Source: Candidatus Azotimanducaceae bacterium | GTDB lineage: Bacteria > Pseudomonadota > Gammaproteobacteria > Pseudomonadales > Azotimanducaceae | Assembly: GCA_965199875.1 (NCBI GenBank) | Contig: OZ241346.1 | Coordinates: 1,098,895-1,162,894, forward strand | Length of the DNA stretch: 64,000 nucleotides | Reading direction: 5' to 3' | Shown: in pieces, positions 26,193 through 34,788 of the stretch | Position numbering within the stretch: the stretch's first letter is position 1 | Layout of the letters: the number at the start of each line of letters is the position of its first letter | Notes under the pieces: generated by a model | Told to the model about the DNA's origin: nothing | What the model saw: only the letters and a program-made list of their open reading frames with translations | The model's database searches: none | Translations under genes and position numbers: made by a program

Positions 26193-26892
26193 TGCCGGGG
26201 GCCGCGCATCGGCGCGGGGCGCTGGCGGGCTTGGCGCTGGCCTCGGCGGCGCTGCTGGCGCTGGCCGCCTCGGCGGCGGACGCGCCGGCGGTGTTCGCGG
26301 GCGCGGCGTCCGAGGGGATGCCGGAGCGCATCGCGGGGCCGGGCGGACGCGGACCTGCGCCTCGACCGGACCCGCCGAGGCTGCGCATGGCGCGGCTCGA
26401 CTTCGGGAGCTTGGCGGCCGTGCGCGAGGCGGCGGCCAGCGGCCGGAGCGCCGCGGCGCGGCTGAACCTGTTCGAGGACGCCGAGTTCGACTGGATCGTG
26501 CAGCGCGCGGCCGCCACGGCGGGGGGCTACTCGCTGTCCGGGCCGCTGGCCGGCGTGGAGGCGGGCACGGCGACGCTGGTGGCGAACGGCGGCATGGTCG
26601 TGGGCTCGGCGTGGACCCCGGAGGCGGAATACCGCATCCGCACCGTCGGCCGAACGCAGATCGTGGAGCGCGTCGATCCGTCGCGGTGGCCGGCGTGCGA
26701 CGGCACCTTCAAGGTCGGCGCGGCGCTGCCCGGCGGCGCGACGGGGCGCGCGTCTCTTCGGCGGACGCGCCCGACGACGGCTCGGAGATCGACGTGCTGG
26801 TCGTCTACACGCCGCAGGCGCGGCGGTGGGCCGGCGGCCACCGGGCCGTGCTGACGGACATCGACCACGACGTGGCGTGGACCAACGAGGCT
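26192..26892 (+). pseudogene. Paralog D: N-terminal fragment, frameshifted and truncated
   Basis: Starts MPGAAHRRGALAGLALASAALLALAASAADA, like A-C. The frame switches from track ORF 26114..26854 to 23146..26904 at about 26741-26750 (gcgacggggcgcgcg versus gcgaccgcgcgcg in C, 2 extra nt). Homology stops at ...VAWTNEA, before the zinc motif. Confidence 0.7.
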
Positions 26893-26904
26893 CTAGTTAG
26901 TTAG
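26893..26904. other. ctagttagttag: 12-nt sequence with stop codons in all six frames, exactly at the homology breakpoint of paralog D
   Basis: Read directly from the sequence. Forward frames give TAG in each frame. The reverse complement ctaactaactag gives TAG/TAA in each frame. Flanking sequence switches abruptly from paralog coding sequence to unrelated intergenic DNA. Confidence 0.6.
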
Positions 26905-27070
26905 GCAAGCAGGCTCGCCAGACACCTTCGCCGCGGCACGCCGCGGGTCGGCACGAGGCCCTCGGCGACTTGCCGGCGAAGCCCGCGATCTGCAATTTTG
27001 TCACACGCGCTGCGGCCAACCCGCTTTGGCGCTTGTCTTTCACCCTGCTTTTCGTATCTCATGGCGGCCG

Positions 27071-28483
27071 ATGGGGGACGAAATACGCAAGCGCCACTTC
27101 GATGCCGAGGACTTCAGCCGGTTTCGCAGCCGCCTGAACGCGGAAACCGCCTTGGTGGGCGAGCTGTTCCAAGAGGATGGCTTCAGCCATCGGGGCGACA
27201 TCGTCGGCTTCGAGCTGGAAGCGTGGCTGGTGGACGCCGAGGGGCAGCCGCATCCGCACAACCGGCAACTGCTGGAGGCGATCGACAATCCGCTGGTGGT
27301 GCCCGAACTGGCGGCGTTCAACGTCGAACTGAACGGCAGTCCCACGGCCCTCGGCGGCAAGGTCTTCTCGCGCCTCCACGACGAGCTGGCGGCGACCTGG
27401 GAGACCTGCCGCGCCGGCGCCGCCCAGATCGGCTGCCGACTGGCCACGGTCGGCATCCTGCCCACCATCCGCCCGGAGCTGCTGAACTCCGGCTACATGT
27501 CGGCGCTGGTGCGCTATCAAGCCTTGAACGACCGCATTCTGGCGCTGCGCGACGGCAATCCGCTGCACATCCGCATCGACGAAGGGCTGGACATGACCCA
27601 CGAGGACGTGATGCTGGAAGCCGCGGCGACGTCGTTCCAGATCCACCTGCAATGCCGCCCGGAACGCGCCGTGCAGGACTTCAACGCCGCCCTCTTGGCC
27701 TCCGCCCCTATGGTGGCGCTGGCGGCCAACTCGCCGTTCCTGTTCGGCCACTCGCTGTGGCAGGAGACACGCATACCGCTGTTCGAGCAAGCGGTTTCCG
27801 TGGGCCCGAGAGCACCGGCGCGAGTGACCTTCGGCACCGGCTACGCCCGCCAGTCGCTGTTCGAGATCTTCGCCGAAAACCAGCGCGAACACCCGATCCT
27901 GCTGCCCTTCGTGCAGCCGGACGAGCCGGCGCACAAGTTCGCCCACGTGCGCTTCCAGAACGGCACGGTGTGGCGCTGGAACCGCCCCCTGCTGGGCTTC
28001 GACTACGATGGCCAGCCGCACCTGCGCATCGAACACCGGGTGGTGCCGGCCGGCCCCACCATCCGCGACTGCGTCAGCAACACGGCCGCCTACCTAGGGC
28101 TGATTCGGGCACTGGGCGAACTGGACGACCTGCATGCGCCGCGCATCGACTTCGACGCCGCTCGGCGGAACTTCTACGCGGCGGCGCGCGACGGACTGGA
28201 CGCGCGGTTCACCTGGTTCGACGGCGAGCAGCGGCGCGCCCAGGACCTGCTTGGCGAAACGCTGCTGCCGCTGGCGGCGAAGGCGCTGGCGCGGCTGGAC
28301 ATCCCCGCCGACGACATCGAGCGCTATTTCGGCACGGCGTCCGCAAGGGTTGCCAACGGCCAGACCGGAGCGAACTGGCAAAGCCGCTGGGTGGCTCGCC
28401 ATGGCGCGGACTGGGCGGCGCTGACCCGGGCCTATCTGGACGCCCAGGAAACCGGCGAACCGGTACACACTTGGCCGCTTTGA
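27071..28483 (+). CDS. Glutamate-cysteine ligase family 2 (GCS2/YbdK-like) carboxylate-amine ligase
   Basis: Track ORF 27026..28483. ATG 27071 (MGDEIRKRHF...) preferred. Family-like blocks: GFELEAWLVD, ELNGSP, SFQIHLQ, ANSPFLFG, RIEHRV. Confidence 0.75.
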   Translation: MGDEIRKRHFDAEDFSRFRSRLNAETALVGELFQEDGFSHRGDIVGFELEAWLVDAEGQPHPHNRQLLEAIDNPLVVPELAAFNVELNGSPTALGGKVFSRLHDELAATWETCRAGAAQIGCRLATVGILPTIRPELLNSGYMSALVRYQALNDRILALRDGNPLHIRIDEGLDMTHEDVMLEAAATSFQIHLQCRPERAVQDFNAALLASAPMVALAANSPFLFGHSLWQETRIPLFEQAVSVGPRAPARVTFGTGYARQSLFEIFAENQREHPILLPFVQPDEPAHKFAHVRFQNGTVWRWNRPLLGFDYDGQPHLRIEHRVVPAGPTIRDCVSNTAAYLGLIRALGELDDLHAPRIDFDAARRNFYAAARDGLDARFTWFDGEQRRAQDLLGETLLPLAAKALARLDIPADDIERYFGTASARVANGQTGANWQSRWVARHGADWAALTRAYLDAQETGEPVHTWPL

Positions 28484-29418
28484 CCGAGAGGCTGCACATC
28501 GCAAACGCGCTGCCCGACGAGCTGGTGCGGCTGCCGGCGGCCAAGCTCGGCACCGCGTTGGCCGGACCAACGCTCTTCGACCTGCGCAAGGATGCGCCGC
28601 CGCTGTTCATCTCCGTTCTGCTGCACGGCAACGAGGTTTCCGGCTGGAACGCCGTGCGCCAGCTGGCGTCGCCGCTGCGCGAAACATCGGCGCTGCTCTT
28701 CGTCGGCAACGTCGCCGCTGCCGCCGCTGGTCGGCGCACGCTCGCGGGCCACGTCGACTTCAACCGCGTTTGGGAAGGCGGCGACGCTCCGGAGGCGGCC
28801 ATCGCCGAGGAAGTGGCGCACTACGCCGAGGCTGCCGACACTCGTTTGGCCATCGACGTCCACAACAACACCGGACGCAACCCGCCCTACTCCGTGGTTG
28901 CCCGGGACGATCCGAAGACGCTGGCGGTGGCGCGGGCGTTCTCCCCCCGCGCCCTGCTGGCGACGCAGCCGAACGGCTTTCAGACCCGGCGCTTCGCCCG
29001 CTTCTGCACCGCGGTCACCGTGGAAGTCGGAACGCCGGACGATCCCGAGAGCACGCAGCGGGCGGCGACGTTTCTGCACTCGCTGTTGGCGAAGACGCAC
29101 CTAGCGGACGAAGTGGCGCCGCTGGCGCTCTACGAGACGACGGCACGAGTCATCGTGGCAGGCGACGCGCTCGTCCACCCGGACACCCAGCACTTCAACT
29201 TCCAGACCGCACCCGCCGGCACCGTTCTGGCGTGCGCTGGAAGGCTGACCGCCGAAGGCGCGGACGGCAGCGACGTCAGCGCCGAGCATCTGCTTCGCAC
29301 GCGCGGCGCCACGGTGCTGAAACGCACCGCCACCTTGGCCATGTACACCGGCGACGTTGAAGCGGCGCGCCAGGACTGCCTGTGCTATCTGCTGGAACCC
29401 CGCGCCGTCGATGCCTGA
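28480..29418 (+). CDS. Succinylglutamate desuccinylase/aspartoacylase (AstE/AspA) family zinc deacylase-like protein
   Basis: C-terminal part of track ORF 26998..29418. TTG 28480 overlaps the upstream TGA (tTGA); an alternative TTG lies at 28471. Motif PPLFISVLLHGNEVSGW, as in the HGNE zinc site of the family, and a later DVHNN block. Confidence 0.65.
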   Translation: MTERLHIANALPDELVRLPAAKLGTALAGPTLFDLRKDAPPLFISVLLHGNEVSGWNAVRQLASPLRETSALLFVGNVAAAAAGRRTLAGHVDFNRVWEGGDAPEAAIAEEVAHYAEAADTRLAIDVHNNTGRNPPYSVVARDDPKTLAVARAFSPRALLATQPNGFQTRRFARFCTAVTVEVGTPDDPESTQRAATFLHSLLAKTHLADEVAPLALYETTARVIVAGDALVHPDTQHFNFQTAPAGTVLACAGRLTAEGADGSDVSAEHLLRTRGATVLKRTATLAMYTGDVEAARQDCLCYLLEPRAVDA

Positions 29419-30499
29419 CGCCCGTCGCTACGTCGCCATCGACGGCGCCTTCTCGATGCTCCACGGCAGCATCGAGTCGCCGCGCATCGCCTTCGAGACC
29501 TGGGGCGAACCGTCGCCCGGCGGCGACAACGCGGTGCTGCTGTTCACCGGCTTGTCGCCCTCCGCGCATGCGGCGTCTTCCCCGGCGGACCCGTCGTCCG
29601 GCTGGTGGGAGGACATGATCGGCGTCGACAAGCCCATCGACACTTCGCGCCACTTCGTCGTCTGCGTCAACTCGCTGGGCAGCTGCTTCGGTTCCACCGG
29701 CCCGGCGGCGACCAACCCGGCCACCGGCCAGCGCTACCGGCTGGACTTCCCCGTACTCGCCCTGGAAGACATCGCCCACGCCGGACACGCGGTGGTGGAA
29801 CACCTCGGCATCGAGCGTCTGCGCGCGGTGGTGGGCGCATCGATGGGCGGCATGACCGCGCTCGCCTACGCGGCAACCTACGCCGAGCGGGTGGATGGAC
29901 TGCTGCTGATCTCCTCGGCGACGCGCTGCCAACCCTTCGCCATCGCCCTGCGCTCTTTGCAACGGGAGCTGATCCGCAGCGATCCGGCTTGGCGGAATGG
30001 CAACTACGCCCCGGACCGGCCGCCCCTGCAAGGCATGCGCCACGCCCGCAAGCTCGGCATGATCACCTACCGCTCCGCCGCCGAGTGGGCCGTGCGCTTC
30101 GGCCGCGAACGCGTTGCCGACGGCGACAACCCGTCGAGCGGCCGCTTCGGCCTGGACTTCGAGGTCGAATCCTACCTGCAGGCGCACGCCGACAAGTTCG
30201 TCGGCGCCTTCGACGCCAACTGCTACCTCTACCTCTCCCGGGCCATGGACCTGTTCGACGTGGCGGACCACGGCGGCTCGGTGGCGGCGGGTCTGGCTCG
30301 GGTACGCGCCCGACGGGCGCTGGTGATCGGCGTTCAGTCCGACTTTCTGTTCCCGATCGATCAGCAGCGCGAGCTGGCGGACGGGCTGCGGCAAACCGTG
30401 CCGGACGTGGACTTCCGAGCCTTGGCGTCCAGCCAAGGCCACGACTCGTTTCTGGTGGACATGGACCGCTTCCGGCCTGCGGTGGCAAGCTTCTTCTGA
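29411..30499 (+). CDS. Homoserine O-acetyltransferase (MetX) family alpha/beta hydrolase
   Basis: Track ORF 29357..30499. ATG 29411 gives an 8-nt overlap with the upstream stop. Nucleophile elbow GASMGGM, C-terminal SSQGHDSFL, and overall MetX-like layout. Confidence 0.8.
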   Translation: MPDARRYVAIDGAFSMLHGSIESPRIAFETWGEPSPGGDNAVLLFTGLSPSAHAASSPADPSSGWWEDMIGVDKPIDTSRHFVVCVNSLGSCFGSTGPAATNPATGQRYRLDFPVLALEDIAHAGHAVVEHLGIERLRAVVGASMGGMTALAYAATYAERVDGLLLISSATRCQPFAIALRSLQRELIRSDPAWRNGNYAPDRPPLQGMRHARKLGMITYRSAAEWAVRFGRERVADGDNPSSGRFGLDFEVESYLQAHADKFVGAFDANCYLYLSRAMDLFDVADHGGSVAAGLARVRARRALVIGVQSDFLFPIDQQRELADGLRQTVPDVDFRALASSQGHDSFLVDMDRFRPAVASFF

Positions 30500-30625
30500 C
30501 GGCGGTGCCGGCGTCGAGTTAGAGCGCTCCTCGCTACCGCGCCACCTCCGCCGTGCGCCAGTTCCCAACCCTGGAGCACCAGCGCGAGCCCGGCGAACGT
30601 CGTGGTCGGCAAAGACACACAGGCT

Positions 30626-32794
30626 TCAAGGAACCAGCCGCAGTCCGGCCGCGGTTGCCGCGCCGACGATTTCGGCGAAGGGATAGCCGTGCTGGCGCAA
30701 GGCGCGCAGGCATTCCTCGGCACGCTCGTCGGCGACGCCCGCCAGCAAGCCGCCGGCGGTTTGCGGGTCGGCCAGCAGGCGTACTTGCGGGGAACCGGGC
30801 GCACTTGCGCGCAGTTCATAGTCGTCCAACGCCTGTTCGTTGTTGGCCTGCAGGGAACTGACGACGTTCGCCGCCATCAGTTCCGGTGCGCCGCTCAAGC
30901 TCGGTATCCGGCCTAGGAACACTTCGGCGCCGACGGCGGACGCACGGGTCATTTCCGCCAGATGTCCAGCGAGGCCGAAGCCGGTGACGTCGGTGCAGGC
31001 ACGGACGCCGTACCGACGCAGCACCGCCGCGGCCTGGGCGTTGGAGGTGTCCATCGTGTCGATGGCGGCCAGCAGGTCGTCGGCGCGGGTGCTGCCCCGC
31101 ATCGCGCCGGCCAGCAGGGCTCCGGTGCCGATGGGCTTGGTGAGCAGGAGTTTTTCGCCCGGGGAAAGTCCATCTTTGGCGAAGGGTTCTCCTTGCAGCA
31201 GGCCGGAGACCGTGAAGGCGATGCCCAGCTCCGCGGCTTCCGCCGAGTGGCCGCCGACCAGGTCCACGTCGTGGGCACGGAAGACCGCCAGCGCTCCGGC
31301 CATCATCTGGAACAAGTCCTCTTCCATCATCGCCGGCGCCATCGACGGCACCGTCGCCAAGGCCAGGGCGAAGGAGGGCCTGGCGCCCATCGCGAAGATG
31401 TCGTTCAAGGCGTGGTGGGCGCTGACGCGGCCGAAGCGGTAGCCGTCGTCGATCATGGCGCGAAAGCCGTCGCAGCTGACTGCCAGCCGACCCGCCGCCA
31501 CTTGAATCACCGCCGCGTCGTCGCCAATGCCGCGCAGCGTCGCCGCGGAGTTGCCGATGTCGAGGCGGCCGAGCACCCGCTGCAGGATGTCCGCGCCGAT
31601 CTTGGCGCCGCAGCCGCCGCAGCGCATGGCCGGCGGCGCTTCCGGGCGCAGCGCCGGCGGCAGCGTGGGCAGTTCGACGGCCATGGCCGGCAAGTCGCTG
31701 AAGCGGTCCATGAAACGCCGATCGAGCCACTGCTTCCAACGCCAAACCCATCGGCCGCCGACGTGCCAGCGGCCCCTGCAGCCGAGCGCTCGCCCGTCGC
31801 CGAGGCCGATGATGGCCAAGGCGCTGCGCTGCGGACGAAACAGCCGCAGGCGTTCGCCAATGGCGAACCGACGCAGATTGGCGGCAAGGATCGGACCTTG
31901 GCGTACGGCGTAGACGCCGGACTTGGGACGAGGCGCGCCGACCATGCTGGCCACGTCTCCGGCGGCGAAGATCTGCCCATGCGACGTGCTTTGCAAGGTG
32001 CGATTGACGACGATGAAGCCAAGGTCGTCGGTGGCGAGCCCTGCCGCGGCGGGCCACTTGGGCGCCTCTACGCCGGTCACCCAAAGCACGTGATCCGCCG
32101 CCAGGACGCGGCCATCGGCCAGCGATACCTCGCCGGCTTCGGCCGAGGACACCTCGGCGCCGGCCATCACGTCCACCCCCCGACGACGCAGGCTCTCCAT
32201 CGCCCGGCGGCGCAGGCCGGCGGCAAAGCCGGCCAGAATCCGCGGCCCGGATTCGATCAGCGTGCAGTGGATGCGCGGCTGCGCCCGGCGGATGGCCAAG
32301 GCGAGTTCGACGCCCCCGGCGCCGCCGCCAACAACGGCCAGACGGCGAATCCGCTCCTCGGCGCGAAGCCGCTGCCACGCCGGCAGGAAGCGGCCGATGG
32401 GCTTCACCGGCGTGACGAAGTCCGAAGCGATGCGCGCCCCCGGCACGCCTCCCGTATTGACCGAGAGCACGTCGTAGCGCAGCGGTGGGCGGTGGTCGAA
32501 CGTAACGCGCTGGTTCTTGGTGTCCAGCCCGGTGGCTTCGGCGGCGATGAAGCGGGCGCCGGCAAACGCCGCGAGCCGCGCCAGGTCGATGTGGATGTCG
32601 TTCCAGGCGTAGTGGCCGGCCACCAGGCCGGGGAGCATTCCGCTGTAGGGCGAGTGCGCTTCTCTTGCGACGACGGTGAGGCGAAGCCCGGGTTCGCCGG
32701 CCATCCCGAACGCCTTGAGCACCTGCACGTGGGCATGGCCGCCGCCCAGCAGCACGATGTCGCGCAGCGGCGGCGCATGAGGCGCCCGGTTCAT
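30626..32794 (-). CDS. selD: Fusion protein: FAD/NAD(P)-dependent pyridine nucleotide-disulfide oxidoreductase + selenide, water dikinase (SelD)
   Basis: Track ORF, 722 aa. N-terminus has VLLGGGHAHV and LAVVGGGAGGVELA Rossmann motifs. C-terminal half has the SelD N-terminal loop RCGGCGAKIG (Cys-type, no in-frame UGA) and AIR-synthase-like blocks DDAAV, DGFRAM, GGHS. Confidence 0.85.
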   Translation of the reverse strand: MNRAPHAPPLRDIVLLGGGHAHVQVLKAFGMAGEPGLRLTVVAREAHSPYSGMLPGLVAGHYAWNDIHIDLARLAAFAGARFIAAEATGLDTKNQRVTFDHRPPLRYDVLSVNTGGVPGARIASDFVTPVKPIGRFLPAWQRLRAEERIRRLAVVGGGAGGVELALAIRRAQPRIHCTLIESGPRILAGFAAGLRRRAMESLRRRGVDVMAGAEVSSAEAGEVSLADGRVLAADHVLWVTGVEAPKWPAAAGLATDDLGFIVVNRTLQSTSHGQIFAAGDVASMVGAPRPKSGVYAVRQGPILAANLRRFAIGERLRLFRPQRSALAIIGLGDGRALGCRGRWHVGGRWVWRWKQWLDRRFMDRFSDLPAMAVELPTLPPALRPEAPPAMRCGGCGAKIGADILQRVLGRLDIGNSAATLRGIGDDAAVIQVAAGRLAVSCDGFRAMIDDGYRFGRVSAHHALNDIFAMGARPSFALALATVPSMAPAMMEEDLFQMMAGALAVFRAHDVDLVGGHSAEAAELGIAFTVSGLLQGEPFAKDGLSPGEKLLLTKPIGTGALLAGAMRGSTRADDLLAAIDTMDTSNAQAAAVLRRYGVRACTDVTGFGLAGHLAEMTRASAVGAEVFLGRIPSLSGAPELMAANVVSSLQANNEQALDDYELRASAPGSPQVRLLADPQTAGGLLAGVADERAEECLRALRQHGYPFAEIVGAATAAGLRLVP

Positions 32795-32833
32795 CGCTGC
32801 CCCGGCTTACAGCGGATCGGGCGGTGCGCCAAC

Positions 32834-33445
32834 CTAGCTGTCCGCGGTGCCGGTACGCGGCGATTCGCCACGGCGAGACGGGAAGTTGATGAGGCAGCCA
32901 ATGGCGTCCTTGCGGGCGACGGCGGGCGTTTCGCCGGCCAGCACCGCTTCCAAGGCATCGGCCAGATAGTGCTGCCGGGCGCTCCGGCGCTGGCGTTCGT
33001 AGCTCAAGCGATCGTTGATGGGGCCGCGGTAGACGACGCGCCAGCCGCCATCGAGCACCAGCACTTCGGCAGTGCGCGTCAGCAGCAGTCGTTCGCCCAC
33101 GCGCTGGCCGTCGTCCACCAGAATGGGCAGATCGATGCCCCACTCGTCGGCTTCTTCGCGGATGCTGGTCGATTCGTCCTGCAAGTTCGAGTTGATCATC
33201 AGGAAGACGACGTCGCGTTCGGCGAAGCGTTCGCGCACGGCGCGCAAGTCCACCAAGGCGTTGCGTACCACCGGACAGCCGTTGCCCTGCACCATCAACA
33301 CGACGGCTGCCGCATCCCCGTAGGCGTGCAGCCGGTGCCTGACGCCGTGCTGGTCCGGCAAGGTGAAGTCCTCCACCGTCAAGGCGCCGGCGAAAAGCGC
33401 TGGCAGCAGAGCCATCAGCGCCAACCCGAGATGCGCTCGATGCAT
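32834..33445 (-). CDS. Exported thioredoxin-fold (redoxin/AhpC-TSA-like) protein
   Basis: Track ORF 32834..33511. Start at the internal M (MHRAHLGLALMALLPALFAGA) gives a signal peptide. Block VVLMVQGNGCPVV sits at the thioredoxin-fold active-site position, with a single Cys. Confidence 0.6.
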   Translation of the reverse strand: MHRAHLGLALMALLPALFAGALTVEDFTLPDQHGVRHRLHAYGDAAAVVLMVQGNGCPVVRNALVDLRAVRERFAERDVVFLMINSNLQDESTSIREEADEWGIDLPILVDDGQRVGERLLLTRTAEVLVLDGGWRVVYRGPINDRLSYERQRRSARQHYLADALEAVLAGETPAVARKDAIGCLINFPSRRGESPRTGTADS

Positions 33446-33507
33446 CAGCCACTCCGCGGTTGGTCTCGCACTGGAGTATAGCGAGGCAAGGGCTGCACTC
33501 GCGTTGG

Positions 33508-34746
33508 TCATGCCGGAGCCGTCGACGATTCCCCGTCGCGTTCATCCAGATAGTCGAGATTGACGCCTTTGGCCATGACCGTGCCGTGACGCCCCAAATC
33601 CCGAGCTCGCAGCACCACGCCGCTGCCGTACCGTTGCACCAGGGAGTCGATGGCGAGTTCCAGGTTGCGCCGGGCGCCGTCCTCGAAGATGTCCATCTGC
33701 AAGGGCTCGCTGCGCCAGGCGAGGTCGAAGGCAGCCAGCCCCACCAGCCGATACGGCCCAGGGTGGTCGAACTCGTCGAGCAGCGAGCGGGCGACCGCAA
33801 GAAACTCGCTGGCGGCGTCCGCGGGGCGTCGCAGCCGCCGCTGGCGCGTCAGCATCTCGAAGCGCGTCGTCTTCAAGCGCACGCGCAGTCCCCGCGCCAC
33901 GCAGCCCTTCGCCCGCACCCGCCGAGCGATGCGTTCGGCGGCGCGTCGCAAATGCCGTTCGATGTCCTGCCGCCGTCGCACGTCCGTCGCCAAGGTGCGA
34001 TCCGAGCCGATGCTCCTGGCCGTTCGCGTGCGCAGCACCGGGCGCGGATCCAAGGCATTGGCCAGATCGTGGAAGTGCTGGCCGGCGGCACCCAGGCGGC
34101 GGCGGAGAAAGCGCGCGTCCGAGGCGGCCACGTCGCCGATGGTGGTTAGGCCCAGCGCCCACAGGCGCGGCACGGTCTTCCGCCCCGCTCCCCACAGACG
34201 CGCCACCGGCAACGGCGCCAGCCAGGACTTGGCAGACCCCGGCGGCACTACCGTCAGGCCGTCGGGCTTGTCGTGGGCGCTCGCCACCTTGGCGACGTAC
34301 TTGCTGCCCGCCACGCCCACCGAGATGTTCAAGCCCGTGGCCTCGCGCACGGCGGCCTTGATGCTCTGCGCCATCGCCCGCGGCGGCCCGAACAGCCGGT
34401 CCGCGCCGGTCATGTCCAGGAACGCTTCGTCCATGGACAGCGCCTCGACCTTGGGCGAGAAGTCCGCCAGCACCGCCATCATCCGCTCCGACAACGCCTG
34501 ATAGCGCTCGAAACGGGGTTCCACCATGATGGCCTGGGGACAGCGCCGACGCGCTTCCGCCACCGGCATGGCGCTGCCGACGCCGAAAGGGCGCGCTTCG
34601 TAGCTGGCGGTGAGCACGACGCCGCGCTGGCTGTTCGGCCCCACGAGAACCGGCTTGCCGCGCAGTTCCGGGTTGTCCAGCTGCTCCACAGCCGCGTAGA
34701 AGGCGTCCAGATCGGCATGCACGACGATGCGCGGCCAAGGGTTCAT
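33508..34746 (-). CDS. dinB: DNA polymerase IV (Y-family)
   Basis: Track ORF 33508..34782, starting at MNPWPRIVVHADLDAFYAAVEQ. Blocks SMDEAFLD, SVGVAGSKYVAKVAS and LWGAGRKT are all classic DinB. Confidence 0.9.
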   Translation of the reverse strand: MNPWPRIVVHADLDAFYAAVEQLDNPELRGKPVLVGPNSQRGVVLTASYEARPFGVGSAMPVAEARRRCPQAIMVEPRFERYQALSERMMAVLADFSPKVEALSMDEAFLDMTGADRLFGPPRAMAQSIKAAVREATGLNISVGVAGSKYVAKVASAHDKPDGLTVVPPGSAKSWLAPLPVARLWGAGRKTVPRLWALGLTTIGDVAASDARFLRRRLGAAGQHFHDLANALDPRPVLRTRTARSIGSDRTLATDVRRRQDIERHLRRAAERIARRVRAKGCVARGLRVRLKTTRFEMLTRQRRLRRPADAASEFLAVARSLLDEFDHPGPYRLVGLAAFDLAWRSEPLQMDIFEDGARRNLELAIDSLVQRYGSGVVLRARDLGRHGTVMAKGVNLDYLDERDGESSTAPA

Positions 34747-34768
34747 GACGGCTACTGTACGTCGCGAA

Positions 34769-34788
34769 TACTGTATGTGCAATCAGCA
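34769..34788. promoter_or_regulatory. Putative LexA (SOS) box upstream of dinB
   Basis: TACTGTATGTGCAATCAGCA fits CTG-N10-CAG and matches the left half of TACTGTATATATATACAGTA exactly. It lies 23-42 nt upstream of the dinB ATG. An extra TACTGTA half-site sits at 34753-34759. Confidence 0.5.

Larger units (their letters stand above)
14134..26892 (+). repeat. Gene-sized direct tandem repeats (starts 14134, 17652, 21158, 26192; period about 3.5 kb)
   Basis: Long identical nucleotide runs are shared by the four gene starts, e.g. cggctgaacctgttcgaggacgccgagttcgactggatcgtgcggcgcgcggccgccacggcggggggctactcgctgtccgggccgctggcc. Confidence 0.85.

Noticed and set aside
6458..26209. Very long antisense ORFs over the repeat locus (6458..11011, 8809..11016, 11093..13942, 11289..13304, 14029..17517, 16032..19244, 19706..22993, 23006..26209 and others)
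   Set aside because: Low-complexity Arg/Ala/Gly/Pro translations with no domain signatures. They are opposite to sense frames that carry clear domain motifs, which is the typical stop-codon depletion of 70% GC DNA. Their periodicity simply mirrors the sense-strand repeats.
4164..26904. Diversity-generating retroelement, shufflon or transposon-driven variation of the LRR genes
   Set aside because: No reverse transcriptase, invertase/recombinase, integrase, IS element or inverted repeat pairs were seen in or next to the locus. All repeats are direct. Only homologous recombination or gene conversion is supported.
30816..33800. 994-aa minus-strand track ORF spanning selD, redoxin and dinB regions
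   Set aside because: Out-of-frame Arg/Gly/Pro-rich read-through. The alternative frames hold the well-supported SelD fusion, redoxin and DinB.
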